DNA of 64,000 nucleotides from Methanobacteriota archaeon (lineage in GTDB: Archaea; Halobacteriota; Bog-38; Methanoflorentales; Methanoflorentaceae). Below the pieces are notes generated by a model that was given only the letters and a program-made list of their open reading frames with translations, ran no database searches and was not told where the DNA came from. Both the position numbers and the translations under genes were made by a program. This document shows positions 9,533-21,537 of the stretch, piece after piece. The stretch covers positions 480,001 through 544,000 of the forward strand of contig OY970393.1 in assembly GCA_963720465.1 (NCBI GenBank), written 5' to 3'. Within the stretch, counting starts at the first letter, position 1; every line of letters begins with the position of its first letter.

Positions 9533-10243
9533 TTAACGTGATGACAGCTTTCGCGTAAGCTCTAGACAGTTCTGCGGTGCATATCCGTGGGCGTCATTGT
9601 TCCAATAGCCGAAGACATCTGCTTTTTTTGAAATCTCGCGGATTCGACGCGCCCAGTAGTCTATTTCTCTCGGCGAGTAACTATCGAGCTCCCCACCGCG
9701 AGCGTGCCACCTGATGTAAGCGAAATCCGCAAAACATTCCACATTGCTATCGAATTGTGCACCCAACATCGTCAGCGTCAGCTTTCGGCAGTCGCTAAAC
9801 CGTTGAAACACCTCGTCGTCAAACCACGAGTCGTGGCGAAACTCAAAGGCAAAACGGTATTCAGGAAGAATGGAAAGAAACTCATCGAAACGTTCCAGAT
9901 CCTTTCTAAACGTTGCTGAGAGCCCTATGAGAAACGGACCAAGCTTATCCTCGAGCACTGAACAAGTCTTCAAAAAGTCGCGCAGAGGTCTACGCACGTC
10001 GTGCAGCCGTTTTGTATGCGTGATATGGCGGTTCATTTTTATGGAGAACTTGAAGTCATCAGGCGTCGCGGCATACCAGTTCCTCAGCTGAGACTCTTTC
10101 GGAAACTGATAAAACGTCGAATTGACTTCAACAGAGTGAAAGAATCGGACGTATTGCTCCAAGTAGTTGCGAGGCGCGTCATAAAAGACGCCTCGCCAAT
10201 GATCGTAATGCCATCCGCTGCAGCCCAGATAGATCTCGTACGT
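9533..10243 (-). CDS. DUF72 (YecE-like) protein; probable ACG start
   Basis: IYLGCSGWHYDHW, VEVNSTFY, ITHTKRL and FEFRHDSW motifs. The frame is open 27 codons upstream of the listed ORF, to an ACG after GGAGG. Confidence 0.85.
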   Translation of the reverse strand, partial: TYEIYLGCSGWHYDHWRGVFYDAPRNYLEQYVRFFHSVEVNSTFYQFPKESQLRNWYAATPDDFKFSIKMNRHITHTKRLHDVRRPLRDFLKTCSVLEDKLGPFLIGLSATFRKDLERFDEFLSILPEYRFAFEFRHDSWFDDEVFQRFSDCRKLTLTMLGAQFDSNVECFADFAYIRWHARGGELDSYSPREIDYWARRIREISKKADVFGYWNNDAHGYAPQNCLELTRKLSSR

Positions 10244-10354
10244 CTCTTTACCCTCCGCCTAGTGCTCGCGAGTCACAGCACTACATAGGGTCTAATCGCA
10301 CGGATAAAAGAATTGCTAAGGTTTAACTAATGAAGGGGCTATAGGAGTGCAAAG

Positions 10355-12493
10355 ATGGGACTGAAAGACGCAGACGAAAAAATCATTACAGACGCACTCG
10401 GTCGCCGGCCGAATGAAGTAGAGAGTGCAATATTCGAAAATCTGTGGTCAGAGCACTGCGCCTACCGGACAAGCAAGCTGCTCCTGCAAACAATGCCCAC
10501 AAGCGGCGACAACGTTATTGTGGGCCCCGGAGACGATGCTGCCATCATAAAGCTAAGCGATCACCTGACGCTTGCCATAGCGATGGAGAGCCACAATCAT
10601 CCATCGTACGTTGATCCGTACGACGGGGCCGCAACCGGCGTCGGCGGCATCGTACGTGATGTCATTTCAATGGGGGCCAAGCCGATTGCTCTGATGGATT
10701 GCCTCTACTTTGGCAATTTAGAGAATGAAAAAAACCGGTATCTATTCGAGCACGTTGTTCAAGGAATCGGCGATTACGGCAACTGCATAGGTGTGCCTGT
10801 TGTCAACGGTGAGGTCCTGTTTCATCCGAGTTACGATGGAAATCCGCTCGTCAACGTGGTCTGCATTGGACTAGGCCAGCATGATACGCTCGTTACCGGG
10901 CGCGTAAAAAAACCCGGCAGCAAAATCGTCCTCATGGGGTCTGCTACTGGCCGAGACGGTCTTGGCGGCGCATCCTTCGCCTCGAGAGATCTTAGTGAAG
11001 AATCTGAAGCGTCTGACAGGCCTTCCGTCCAGATTGGCGACCCGTACACTGAAAAACTCCTCATCGATGCAACGCTCGAAGCAGTCGCCACAGGCTATGT
11101 TTTCGCATGTCGCGATTTAGGGGCCGCAGGGTTGTCAGGGGCCTCAGCCGAAATGTGTTCAACGTTTGGAGGGCGAATTGTGCTCGATGCCGTTCCTTTG
11201 CGCGAAGCTGAGATGACGCCGGCGGAAATAATGGTCTCTGAGTCGCAGGAGCGGATGGTGCTCGAGGTCCCGCCGGAGCACATTCAGGAAATACTAGCTA
11301 TTGCCCGCAAGTATGACTTAAATGGCGCCGTAATCGGTGAAGTAATCGACGAACCTCGATACGTCGTAGAGTTCCACGGAAAGGAAGTCGCCGACATACC
11401 GATTAAGTTACTCACCGAAGAGGCGCCGTTATGCACACCTAAACGCCTAAAGGCGCAGTCGAACCTTGAACAGTCGCTAGCTCCAGACCTACCACTCAAA
11501 GAAAAGGCCCTTCGCGTGCTTTCGTCTCCAAACATCGCGACGAAGGAGTGGGTGTATCGACAATACGACCACGAAGTGCAAACGCGGACTATCGTCAAGC
11601 CAGGCAACGGGGCAGCAGTTCTCTCGATCGATGCCCAGCGAGGCATAGCGCTGTCCTCAGGCTGCAATCCTACACAAGTCGCCAAGGATCAATTTCAAGG
11701 CGCAGCAGCCACCGTTTTTGAAAATGCTATGAATCTGGCGGTGAAAGGGGCGAGGCCTGTCGCATTTGTCAATTGCCTCAACTTCGGCAACCCCGAAAAT
11801 GCGGACGTCTTTTCCCAGCTTGAACAAGCAGTGGCGGGGCTCTCTCACGCAGCTCACATCCTCGGCGTGCCAATCGTCGGCGGGAATGTTTCGCTCTATA
11901 ACGAAAGCGAGGAGTTCCACACAGCGATTATCCCCACTCCGTCAATCGGAATGGTGGGAATTGTCGACGACATCTCCACGGTCCCACCGGCAGTTTTCCA
12001 AGAAAAAGGAGATATCGCAATGATGATCGGCGAAACGTGTGCGGAATACGGGGGGTCAGAGTATGCTGAGATCTTTGAGATCGAAGGTGTTGTCCCACAA
12101 CCCCGCGAAACGATTAAAACGACTATCGACGCATTGGTAGAAGTTGTCGGGACCGGGAAGATCACGGCCGCCAGCGATATCTCGAGAGGGGGGCTTGTAG
12201 CTGCGCTCGGAAAAATGTGCAAACACGTCGGGGCCGAAGTGGATTTATCTCGCTGTTTAGACGATGAGAACGAACTGTTTTCGGAGAGCGCTGGCAGAGC
12301 GATTCTTACGGTGACCCCTGGAAGCCTTGACTCCGTTTCAGCCGCTCTCGAGACTCATGACGTCGCGTATGCCACGATTGGAATCGTCGGCGGAGGAGCA
12401 CTCTCTATCACAGTCGGCGACAATCAACTGACACTATCGTTAGAGACCATCGAGAGAAGCCTCACTACCCTTAGCGAAAGTATGATCGCTTAG
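10355..12493 (+). CDS. purL: Phosphoribosylformylglycinamidine synthase subunit PurL
   Basis: [41 protein letters not shown]. Confidence 0.97.
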   Translation: MGLKDADEKIITDALGRRPNEVESAIFENLWSEHCAYRTSKLLLQTMPTSGDNVIVGPGDDAAIIKLSDHLTLAIAMESHNHPSYVDPYDGAATGVGGIVRDVISMGAKPIALMDCLYFGNLENEKNRYLFEHVVQGIGDYGNCIGVPVVNGEVLFHPSYDGNPLVNVVCIGLGQHDTLVTGRVKKPGSKIVLMGSATGRDGLGGASFASRDLSEESEASDRPSVQIGDPYTEKLLIDATLEAVATGYVFACRDLGAAGLSGASAEMCSTFGGRIVLDAVPLREAEMTPAEIMVSESQERMVLEVPPEHIQEILAIARKYDLNGAVIGEVIDEPRYVVEFHGKEVADIPIKLLTEEAPLCTPKRLKAQSNLEQSLAPDLPLKEKALRVLSSPNIATKEWVYRQYDHEVQTRTIVKPGNGAAVLSIDAQRGIALSSGCNPTQVAKDQFQGAAATVFENAMNLAVKGARPVAFVNCLNFGNPENADVFSQLEQAVAGLSHAAHILGVPIVGGNVSLYNESEEFHTAIIPTPSIGMVGIVDDISTVPPAVFQEKGDIAMMIGETCAEYGGSEYAEIFEIEGVVPQPRETIKTTIDALVEVVGTGKITAASDISRGGLVAALGKMCKHVGAEVDLSRCLDDENELFSESAGRAILTVTPGSLDSVSAALETHDVAYATIGIVGGGALSITVGDNQLTLSLETIERSLTTLSESMIA

Positions 12494-13522
12494 ATGAGCG
12501 GCGCAGCGTCAAAGCACATGTTGAGCGTGAACTTGGTGTATGGGACGTACGGCGAGAGTGGCATCCTCACCAGCATCAAGAACACACAGAAGATGTTAAG
12601 ACTACTCGAATCGGAAGGTGTGCGCTTCTACCAAAACTCAATAAGGATATGCGACGTCATGCACGCCCACACCTTCGGGCCCATCGCTCTTTTGTTAGCG
12701 CTGTTACATAAGGCGCGGCACAAAGCAGTGATAATACACGCCCATACGACGCCACAAGACGTCGCTAACAGTTACTTTGGCGCCAATTTCATCAGCGCCT
12801 GTCTAAAAGGATATCTGGGCTTCTTCTACAATCTCGGAGACGTTTGCATAGCGCCTTCCGCGTACACGAAAGAAGTCTTAAAAAGCACGCTCAACATCAA
12901 GCGCAGAATCGCGGTTCTCAGCAATGGGATTGATTTGAGCTTGTACGAGTGCGATGAAAAACACGCTGCGAAGTTTAAAGCGGAGCACGCTTTGGATGAC
13001 CGCCCACTGGTTCTCTCAATTGGTCTAGTTTTTGTGCGAAAAGGCATCAGTGACTTCGTAGACGCCGCTAAGAAGCTGCCGCGTTTCCGGTTCGTATGGG
13101 TGGGAAGAATTCTAGCGTGGCCATTTTTGCCCAAAGCGGCTAAAAATGTGCTCGAAGCGGTCCCCGAAAACGTGCTCTTCGCGGGCCGAGTGAACAGCAT
13201 TTGCGAGGCCCTGAGTGCGGCGGACGTATTCGTTTTTCCCAGCTACGAGGAGAATCAAGGGATTGCCGCTCTTGAGGCGGCTGCTTGTGGTGTGCCCCTT
13301 ATCTTGCGAGACCTGCCCGCGTACAGCGATTTTGTCGACGGGCACAACTGCGTCAAATTCACAACAGCCAAAGAATTCAGGAGCGCGATCAACGAGGTTA
13401 TCACAAATCAGGCGAACGCAAGGAGGCTCGGAGAGAACGCACGTAAAACTGTTCAGAACCACGACGTCCATGTCGTGAGCAAAAAGTTACTTCAAGTCTA
13501 CCTCACCGCAAAACGGGACTAA
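12494..13522 (+). CDS. GT4 family glycosyltransferase
   Basis: HAHTT, SNGIDL, RKG and FPSYEENQGIAALEA (Ex7E) motifs. Confidence 0.9.
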   Translation: MSGAASKHMLSVNLVYGTYGESGILTSIKNTQKMLRLLESEGVRFYQNSIRICDVMHAHTFGPIALLLALLHKARHKAVIIHAHTTPQDVANSYFGANFISACLKGYLGFFYNLGDVCIAPSAYTKEVLKSTLNIKRRIAVLSNGIDLSLYECDEKHAAKFKAEHALDDRPLVLSIGLVFVRKGISDFVDAAKKLPRFRFVWVGRILAWPFLPKAAKNVLEAVPENVLFAGRVNSICEALSAADVFVFPSYEENQGIAALEAAACGVPLILRDLPAYSDFVDGHNCVKFTTAKEFRSAINEVITNQANARRLGENARKTVQNHDVHVVSKKLLQVYLTAKRD

Positions 13523-13613
13523 TTCTGCACACTTTTGCAGTGCAGCGCCAAAAGGAAAGCTATATAGACCAAATACCTACTACTAATCGTGTTAAAAAAG
13601 CGAGGAATCCGAA

Positions 13614-14783
13614 TTGCACGTAGGCGAAGCTTTGATCGGCACCGATCCTGAACTGGCCCATATTGACCTCTTGGTAGGGGATAAAAATGGCCCAGTGGGG
13701 CAAGCATTTGCTAGTGGATTAACGCATCTCTCCCAGGGGCATACCCCTCTTCTGGCTGTAATTAGGCCTAATTTGCTCACAAAGCCTGCAACGCTCATCG
13801 TCCCCAAAGTAACGATACAAGACTTAGAACAAGCAGCGCGGGTCTTCGGCCCCGCTCAAGCCGCAGTTGCGAAAGCAGTCGCAGACGCCGTGGAAGACGG
13901 GGTCATTGCAAAGGAAGCGTGTGAGCAGTGCGTGCTAGTCATATCCGTATACGTTCACCCCGACGCAAGAGATTACGAGAAGATCTACCGCTACAACTAC
14001 GGTGCTACGAAACTAGCGCTGAGAAGAGCGTTGAGCGACTTCCCATCTGTGGACAAGGTGCTGTATGAAAAAGATCGATCGCTCCACCCGGTCATGGGCT
14101 TCAAAGTCACTCGGCTTTGGGATCCGCCGTACCTTCAAGTGGCATTCGACTTGACAGAGTTGAGCTCTGTGCTCACCGTTTTAGACCAGCTTCCAACAAG
14201 CGACCATATCATCCTTGAAGCGGGCACGCCTCTTATCAAACGTTATGGTTTGGGAGTCATTCAAGAGATGCGAAAGGCGCGACCGAGCGCCTTCATCGTA
14301 GCCGACCTCAAAACTCTCGATACCGGAAACCTCGAAGCGCGCTTGGCTGCAGACGAGGCGGCTGACGCCGTTGTGGTCTCTGGACTGGCCTCCGCGTCAA
14401 CCATAGACAAAGCAATAGAAGAGGCAAATAAGACCGGGATCTACGTTATTGTGGACATGTTAAACGTTGATAGGCCGGAAAGCGTCCTAAAGGCGCTCAA
14501 AAATAAGCCAGATATCGTAGAACTCCACAGGGCAATCGACACCGAGGACTTAGCACACGCGTGGGGGAACATCTCTCTCGTAAAGAAGTACGCCAAGCTG
14601 GTTGCAGTGGCGGGAGGGATACGACAAGGTAATATCGAGGAGGCTCTAAAGTCCGGTGCCAACATCCTGGTCGTAGGCCGCGCTATTACAGCCGCGCGAG
14701 ATGTAGAAGGCGCTGCGCGAGTGTTTCTCGAAGGATTGAAACAGAGCGATATCGATCAGTACCGGGTAAAGACTGACTTCTAG
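13614..14783 (+). CDS. fae-hps: Bifunctional formaldehyde-activating enzyme / 3-hexulose-6-phosphate synthase
   Basis: Fae domain ([28 protein letters not shown]) plus HPS domain (LQVAFD, EAGTPL, DLKTLD, HRAID); TTG start. Confidence 0.95.
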   Translation: MHVGEALIGTDPELAHIDLLVGDKNGPVGQAFASGLTHLSQGHTPLLAVIRPNLLTKPATLIVPKVTIQDLEQAARVFGPAQAAVAKAVADAVEDGVIAKEACEQCVLVISVYVHPDARDYEKIYRYNYGATKLALRRALSDFPSVDKVLYEKDRSLHPVMGFKVTRLWDPPYLQVAFDLTELSSVLTVLDQLPTSDHIILEAGTPLIKRYGLGVIQEMRKARPSAFIVADLKTLDTGNLEARLAADEAADAVVVSGLASASTIDKAIEEANKTGIYVIVDMLNVDRPESVLKALKNKPDIVELHRAIDTEDLAHAWGNISLVKKYAKLVAVAGGIRQGNIEEALKSGANILVVGRAITAARDVEGAARVFLEGLKQSDIDQYRVKTDF

Positions 14784-14947
14784 GCTAAGCGACGCCGCAT
14801 TTGTCACGAAGTCCGGGTCTGAACGTTAATTGGCCAGGTTCGGATCTTTTCAGATCATTCACACGTAAATGTGCGCCCTCTAAGAATGCTGCCCGCCCAA
14901 GATCTATTTGCTTGTAGCCCCGCAATTCCCCACGATGAACATGTTGA

Positions 14948-16316
<1,369 letters not shown>

Positions 16317-16353
16317 TACGGCTTTATATAGCATTAGCCCCCAAAAAAAAGCA

Positions 16354-16923
16354 ATGGCCGCGAATGAGCTTGCTGGCGTCTTCTTACACAAAATGCCCAC
16401 GTCGCTGCTGCTCACGATCCGAACGTACGATCGAACCTACGTATCGGTTCTGGCTAAGGAATGCAACTGCACGTATCCGCACGCCGTAAAAACGCTTTGG
16501 GGCATGGAGAAGCTTGGCTTGCTACGATCAGAGAAAGTCGGCAGGGTCAAGTACGTGGAACTCACCGATCACGGCAGAATTGTCGCCGATTCACTCAATG
16601 ATCTGGTGCTTAGTCTCGGCGTTAACGAAGCGCCGATGAAGAACGACGCGGCGCACATAAATCAAAAGATTAACAACGTAATCCGTAAAGTCGAAGCGAT
16701 TCAAAAAGATCTTGATGCAGGAAATGATATTAGCCAAGATGAGGCTATTCACTTTAACAGGAGACTCGGGCCTTATTATCGCGAACTCAACTCGATCCGG
16801 CTTCTTTTGGAAACACAACCACACAGCCCTCTTCGTCCGAAAGTTGACGCGCTGGGAAGAACGCTTAACAAGGTAAAAAGAGAAATCGAGACGAAACGGA
16901 TGCCACAAGCGACCGCTACCTAA
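16354..16923 (+). CDS. Winged helix-turn-helix protein with helical C-terminal region
   Basis: YVSVLAKECNCTYPHAVKTL..MEKLGL...KVGRVKYVELT; TATA box TTTATATA at about 16323. Confidence 0.8.
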   Translation: MAANELAGVFLHKMPTSLLLTIRTYDRTYVSVLAKECNCTYPHAVKTLWGMEKLGLLRSEKVGRVKYVELTDHGRIVADSLNDLVLSLGVNEAPMKNDAAHINQKINNVIRKVEAIQKDLDAGNDISQDEAIHFNRRLGPYYRELNSIRLLLETQPHSPLRPKVDALGRTLNKVKREIETKRMPQATAT

Positions 16924-17878
16924 CAGGATAAAAGTCTTTCACGCGTGTCGTGTCTTCTAGAAATGGCGTGGAAGCTTCATACAGAACCGTGTCCGTACTT
17001 GCGACGATGGTGTGCTTTTCGTAAGGTTTTATGTGGATCGTGTCTCCCACTTCGAAGTACTCTCTACGATCGTCAAATTTAATATAGCCGGTGCCCCGCA
17101 CGATGAGCATGGTCTCGTCTTTGTTTTTATGGTAGTGATATGACGATTGGTAGCCTTCGCGAATATATAGCTCTTTGAGCAAGTAGAGCTCAGTAATTAT
17201 CTGAACCTTCTCATATCCCCACGGCTTTGCCGTTTTATTGTGAAACTCTGCGAGAATCCTTTTTTTCCCGTCTTCAGTGTAAAAAGTGCCCCAGAAGTTC
17301 GCCTCTTCGTACACGTCAAGCTGCCCGAGATCCTCCAGCAGAGGAAGCACCTCTTCTAGTTCGTCTCCGAGCACAAATTGACCGAAATCATACCCTTTTC
17401 GGACACAGAAGATCCCACCATAAACCGCACGAGACTCCCAGTCAAACAAAGCTTCAGACACCGGGTTAGTGGAGCCGTGCGACTCTGCGCCAGTAGCAGC
17501 ATAGATGAGTACAAGTGCCGTCGTGTGACTGAACTTCATAATCATCTTTTTTAAGTTGATGTCAGTAACAATGCCGCAATCCATAACGAGGACATCGTCA
17601 TCCATCTTGCCGAGTGCGGATGCAATGTTTTTGAACGTCCTGGTGGCCTGCTCGTAGCTGAGTTTGACGCCCTTGCGCTCGCTTCCGAGTGCATCCTGCA
17701 ACGAGGAAAAAGAAACGCTGGTCAGAAGAACTGCTTCGCGTAGTCCAATAGTGGCGAGGTCGAGCAGCAGCTTGTCGATTACCGCAAATCCCTCTTTCAA
17801 AGAAATTAGCGCGTTTGAGCTACCCTCGTAGACGCTTTGCTTTTTTCCGTACCCGTCACACAAGATCAGTGCTTTCAT
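16916..17878 (-). CDS. Divergent sugar-nucleotidyltransferase-like domain fused to a cupin domain
   Basis: MKALILCDGYG start; C-terminal KPWGYE...SYHYHKNKDET...HTI cupin. Confidence 0.8.
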   Translation of the reverse strand: MKALILCDGYGKKQSVYEGSSNALISLKEGFAVIDKLLLDLATIGLREAVLLTSVSFSSLQDALGSERKGVKLSYEQATRTFKNIASALGKMDDDVLVMDCGIVTDINLKKMIMKFSHTTALVLIYAATGAESHGSTNPVSEALFDWESRAVYGGIFCVRKGYDFGQFVLGDELEEVLPLLEDLGQLDVYEEANFWGTFYTEDGKKRILAEFHNKTAKPWGYEKVQIITELYLLKELYIREGYQSSYHYHKNKDETMLIVRGTGYIKFDDRREYFEVGDTIHIKPYEKHTIVASTDTVLYEASTPFLEDTTRVKDFYPVR

Positions 17879-18055
17879 AACAAACCCACTAGAGTGATGG
17901 GCAATGATGTATATGGCTTTTTTTGGCGACCTCAGGCTTTTGCGCCCCGCTTCTTTTAGTAGCTAACCGAAATTTTATTAAGGAGCTGCCTAAATACGCA
18001 CTGTGAACCTAAAAATGGCGTCTGCACTCGGTCATTTGTCATGGAGAAGCGGTAA

Positions 18056-19231
18056 ATGAACATAGTCATGGTAACAAGCTGGTCTCCGCGACACTGCGGC
18101 ATCGCTACCTACAGCTCGGAACTCGTCGGCGCCTTGCGAAAGAATGGCCACCACGTAGACATAATTTGTCACACAGACGAGGACTATGGCGGACATCGCG
18201 AGGAGGGCGTTTATCCCGTTATCGACACCAACGACCCCGGATGGGACGAAAAAGTTCATGCCACACTGGAGCAAATCAAGCCGGATGTGGTCCATATACA
18301 GCACGAGTATGGACTTTATTTAACGCACGGCGACTACGGAGGCCGAATCCTTCCGCTCCTTTTTCGATTCAAGTTGGAGAAGATCCCCTCGGTGATGACC
18401 TATCACTCCATCTATACATCTCTTGATCGCCCCGAGGCAATATTTACGGACGTTAGTCTGCGATTGCTAGACTCTGCAATCGTCCACGCCGAAGTTCAAA
18501 AGCTATTTCTGCCCTACAATCTTGACTGGATCCCGCACAACGTGCACGTCATATCGCACGGCGCCAAAGAAGTAGTACCCGATCCTCTTGCAAAACAACG
18601 CTTCGGTCTTGCTGGCAAGAAGGTCGCACTTTGTATAGGATGGTTTGAACCAAACAAACGGTTCGAGGACGTAATCGAGATTTGGCCGGAAGTCATTCGC
18701 GAAGCGGGCACGGCTGCGATACTACTGATCGCTGGCGACGCTCGACCAGGTTCGATTACAGGAATCAAGTACAAAGAACAATTACTGCGCAAAATTGAAG
18801 AGTCCCCCGCAAAAGACAACATCAGGACGATACTAGGCGCTTTTGACCCTGATACCTACGATAGCATTATTTCGGCATCAGATTTCGTCGTCCTCCCTTA
18901 CAAGCACGCATCACAAAGCGGCAATCTCGCACACTCTTTTGCACTCAACAAACCCGCTATCGTCTCGTCACTTGAGGGCCTGAAGGCAGAGATTGAGGCG
19001 AGTGGTGCGGGAATAGCAGTTCCAGTAGACGATCTTGACGAACTGCGAAAAGCCATCACAATACTGCTAACAAGCGACTTAATGCTCGAAACGTACAGCG
19101 AACACGCACAAGGCTATGTGGCAAACCATATCGTCTGGGAGAACGTCGCTCGGAAGCACACGCTAGTGTACGAGAACGCAATTGACCGCGTGACGTACGG
19201 GACAAAGGTGCGAGTCAATCAGACTATCTAG
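18056..19231 (+). CDS. GT4 family glycosyltransferase
   Basis: SPRHCGIATY, PDVVHIQHEYG, VLPY..ASQSG motifs. Confidence 0.9.
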   Translation: MNIVMVTSWSPRHCGIATYSSELVGALRKNGHHVDIICHTDEDYGGHREEGVYPVIDTNDPGWDEKVHATLEQIKPDVVHIQHEYGLYLTHGDYGGRILPLLFRFKLEKIPSVMTYHSIYTSLDRPEAIFTDVSLRLLDSAIVHAEVQKLFLPYNLDWIPHNVHVISHGAKEVVPDPLAKQRFGLAGKKVALCIGWFEPNKRFEDVIEIWPEVIREAGTAAILLIAGDARPGSITGIKYKEQLLRKIEESPAKDNIRTILGAFDPDTYDSIISASDFVVLPYKHASQSGNLAHSFALNKPAIVSSLEGLKAEIEASGAGIAVPVDDLDELRKAITILLTSDLMLETYSEHAQGYVANHIVWENVARKHTLVYENAIDRVTYGTKVRVNQTI

Positions 19232-19305
19232 ACCGTTTCTCAGGTTACGGCGGAGAAGAAAGGCTGGCAGATCCAACTCGCAAGTTTTGGGAGGCACCAA
19301 TCGAA

Positions 19306-20022
19306 TTGGTCAACGTCAAAGAGTACATTTCCGCTCCAGTTATCCCTTTACACCCAAATGCCACGGTTGCTGAAGCGTTGGCTCTCATTGCAAAAACCGG
19401 CCACCAAGGTTTTCCCGTCGTCTCAGATGGGAAACTAGTAGGCATGGTCACGAGCGCGGATCTCATTCTGGCGAAGCACCGTCAGAAAATTGCGGCGCTT
19501 ATGACGACGAACCTGGTGTCCGCAAGACCGGATGATGATATTGTCAGCGTTGCCGGCGTGATGGCCTATAACCACATTCACCATCTGCCCATCATCGAGG
19601 ACGAGCGCGTCATCGGAATCGTCACGGCTACGGACATGCTGCGCGCGAGCATCGAGAACATCATTTCTGAGAATGTAGAGCGTATTTTCACGTTTTTTCA
19701 AACGCTGCACCCGTGTGTCAGGATAGGGCATACGCGAGTGGGGGTTGAATCTCTGATCCCGACTCAAAAACTCTTGGATCCCGGAGAGCTGCTGCTCCGG
19801 GAACAGCAGTTCGAACGCGGCGTAGTGTACCCCATTGTAGTAGCAAAAAAGGGTCGCTGCTACCACATCGTAGACGGGCATCACCGGGCATTTCTCGCTC
19901 ACAAGCATGGGATGAAAGAGATCCCAGCTTTCTACATAGAAGGGGAACTAGGCATTGTGAAATCGTCTGAAAAGCTCGGATTAAAATCCTTAGACGACAT
20001 GATTGTCATCAATGGGGAGTAA
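19306..20022 (+). CDS. CBS-pair plus ParB/sulfiredoxin-like domain protein
   Basis: Two CBS repeats (GFPVV, HLPII) followed by LIPTQ...PIVV...IVDGHHRA; TTG start after GGAGG. Confidence 0.87.
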   Translation: MVNVKEYISAPVIPLHPNATVAEALALIAKTGHQGFPVVSDGKLVGMVTSADLILAKHRQKIAALMTTNLVSARPDDDIVSVAGVMAYNHIHHLPIIEDERVIGIVTATDMLRASIENIISENVERIFTFFQTLHPCVRIGHTRVGVESLIPTQKLLDPGELLLREQQFERGVVYPIVVAKKGRCYHIVDGHHRAFLAHKHGMKEIPAFYIEGELGIVKSSEKLGLKSLDDMIVINGE

Positions 20023-20023
20023 C

Positions 20024-21058
20024 CTATCCGAAGTACTCTTTCAAGTCAGACGCCACTTTTTCGGGCATAGACTCGACGATTACTTCTTCGTGAAGCCGTT
20101 CCATGTAGCCTGCGTCATTGTTGTAGTAGCTTTGGGGGTATGGCCGTGCAATAATCCTGACGATAAGCCTGAAGCTCTCGTCTTCACTTGACGCCGAGAA
20201 TGTGCTCAGATTGAAGCTGTGAACGCCGTACAAGGTATAAGCTGTAAAAACCCGTTTGAGTCCCTTGCTCAAGTCTGAGATACTGATGTCGTCAAGGCCG
20301 TACAGCGATGAGACATCGTGGAATACCCCACATATTTCATCATTGCCGAGGGGCACATAGCTAGTTATCCAAGAAACGCCTCCAATCTCTCCAAGAAACC
20401 GTTCACCTTCTGCTTTTTCAATTTCAAGCAGGTGCATCCAATAATTCTCTTTGTGTTTTGCATAATATCTTTTGCAGGCTGATAGGTACAACCAGGCGAG
20501 GTTAGTGGGCCGCTCGTCTACAGTGAGTTGGACGTGAGGATGAATCACGCTCGCACCAGCAGGCGGCAAGAAATTCCAACTAAAAATTGGATACACGGCT
20601 TTCTGGTCCTTTGATCTGACGCAGCTGAAGTACTTGACGCTTGCTTTGACTGTATCCTGTATCTGCTTTAAGGTGAATTCATCAATCCCAAGGAAATGCT
20701 CCCGTGAGACCGTCGCGACCGCGTGATACTTCGCAAAAGGGAATAGATTAGGGAATACGGTCGTCTCTCCAACTTTGATTCTGCCTTCGGGCACTAGATT
20801 CGACGGGAACATTGGCGTCGCCGTCTTAATGTTAGCGGGACAGAAGTAGCAGTTCTTCGCAGAGAGCTCAATCAACTCAGAGTATCCCATGCCGGTTTGC
20901 GCTTGTTTCTTTCTCTCAGATCGCTTGACGTTAATTCGACACGCGCGGCCGGTGAGAAGCTCTTTTCGGTACTCAATTTCTTGCGTCTCTAAGTTAAAAT
21001 CCTCGGTCGGATTCCGCAGCTCTGACTCGATCGACCGCTTAGAGAATAGGTCTCGCAG
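20024..21058 (-). CDS. Galactose-1-phosphate uridylyltransferase-like (GalT/HIT) protein; probable CTG start
   Basis: CYFCP, FPNLFPF and GASVIHPHVQ motifs. The frame extends 56 codons upstream (EYRKELLTGR) to a CTG after GGAGGTCA. Confidence 0.85.
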   Translation of the reverse strand: MRDLFSKRSIESELRNPTEDFNLETQEIEYRKELLTGRACRINVKRSERKKQAQTGMGYSELIELSAKNCYFCPANIKTATPMFPSNLVPEGRIKVGETTVFPNLFPFAKYHAVATVSREHFLGIDEFTLKQIQDTVKASVKYFSCVRSKDQKAVYPIFSWNFLPPAGASVIHPHVQLTVDERPTNLAWLYLSACKRYYAKHKENYWMHLLEIEKAEGERFLGEIGGVSWITSYVPLGNDEICGVFHDVSSLYGLDDISISDLSKGLKRVFTAYTLYGVHSFNLSTFSASSEDESFRLIVRIIARPYPQSYYNNDAGYMERLHEEVIVESMPEKVASDLKEYFG

Positions 21059-21537
21059 ATTGATGACCTCCGTACGTTTTGATACTCATACCTCGGCTTG
21101 TCAACAATTAACGCTTGTAAGCTTGACAAGCATATAAACCTTTTTAAGCGATTGCCACCACGACATTTTTGGTGGCTTGTTCTATCCGTCTCGGACACCC
21201 GATTGCTTTGCAGTGTGGGGCTCGAACGAAGCCGCCCTCAGCGGTCCTATGTTGCGTTTTCAAAGCTTTGCACTTCTCACCACGACAGTAAGCAGAGCGC
21301 TCGGCAATTAGGCTTGACCGCCACAGGGGCGTTGTTGCCTAGCATCGGGATCACTATAAAGCATTACAGTTAAGAACCTGGCACTTCATACTCGGACCTC
21401 AGAGCGGGCTAACTCGCGACGCGGCTGCGATGCCCGATTGCTATAGCTAGTTATAGTCAGCGAACAAGGAGTGCAGAACGAAAAAAGTCAGCAACGGTAC
21501 ACACGCGACTTGACGGAAAGAATGATAGGTGCGCAAT

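Noticed and set aside
21100-21520. Long intergenic region upstream of serS with a repeated CCCGATTGCT
   Set aside because: Only a 10-nt repeat and weak pairing; no tRNA, SRP or RNase P hallmark found.
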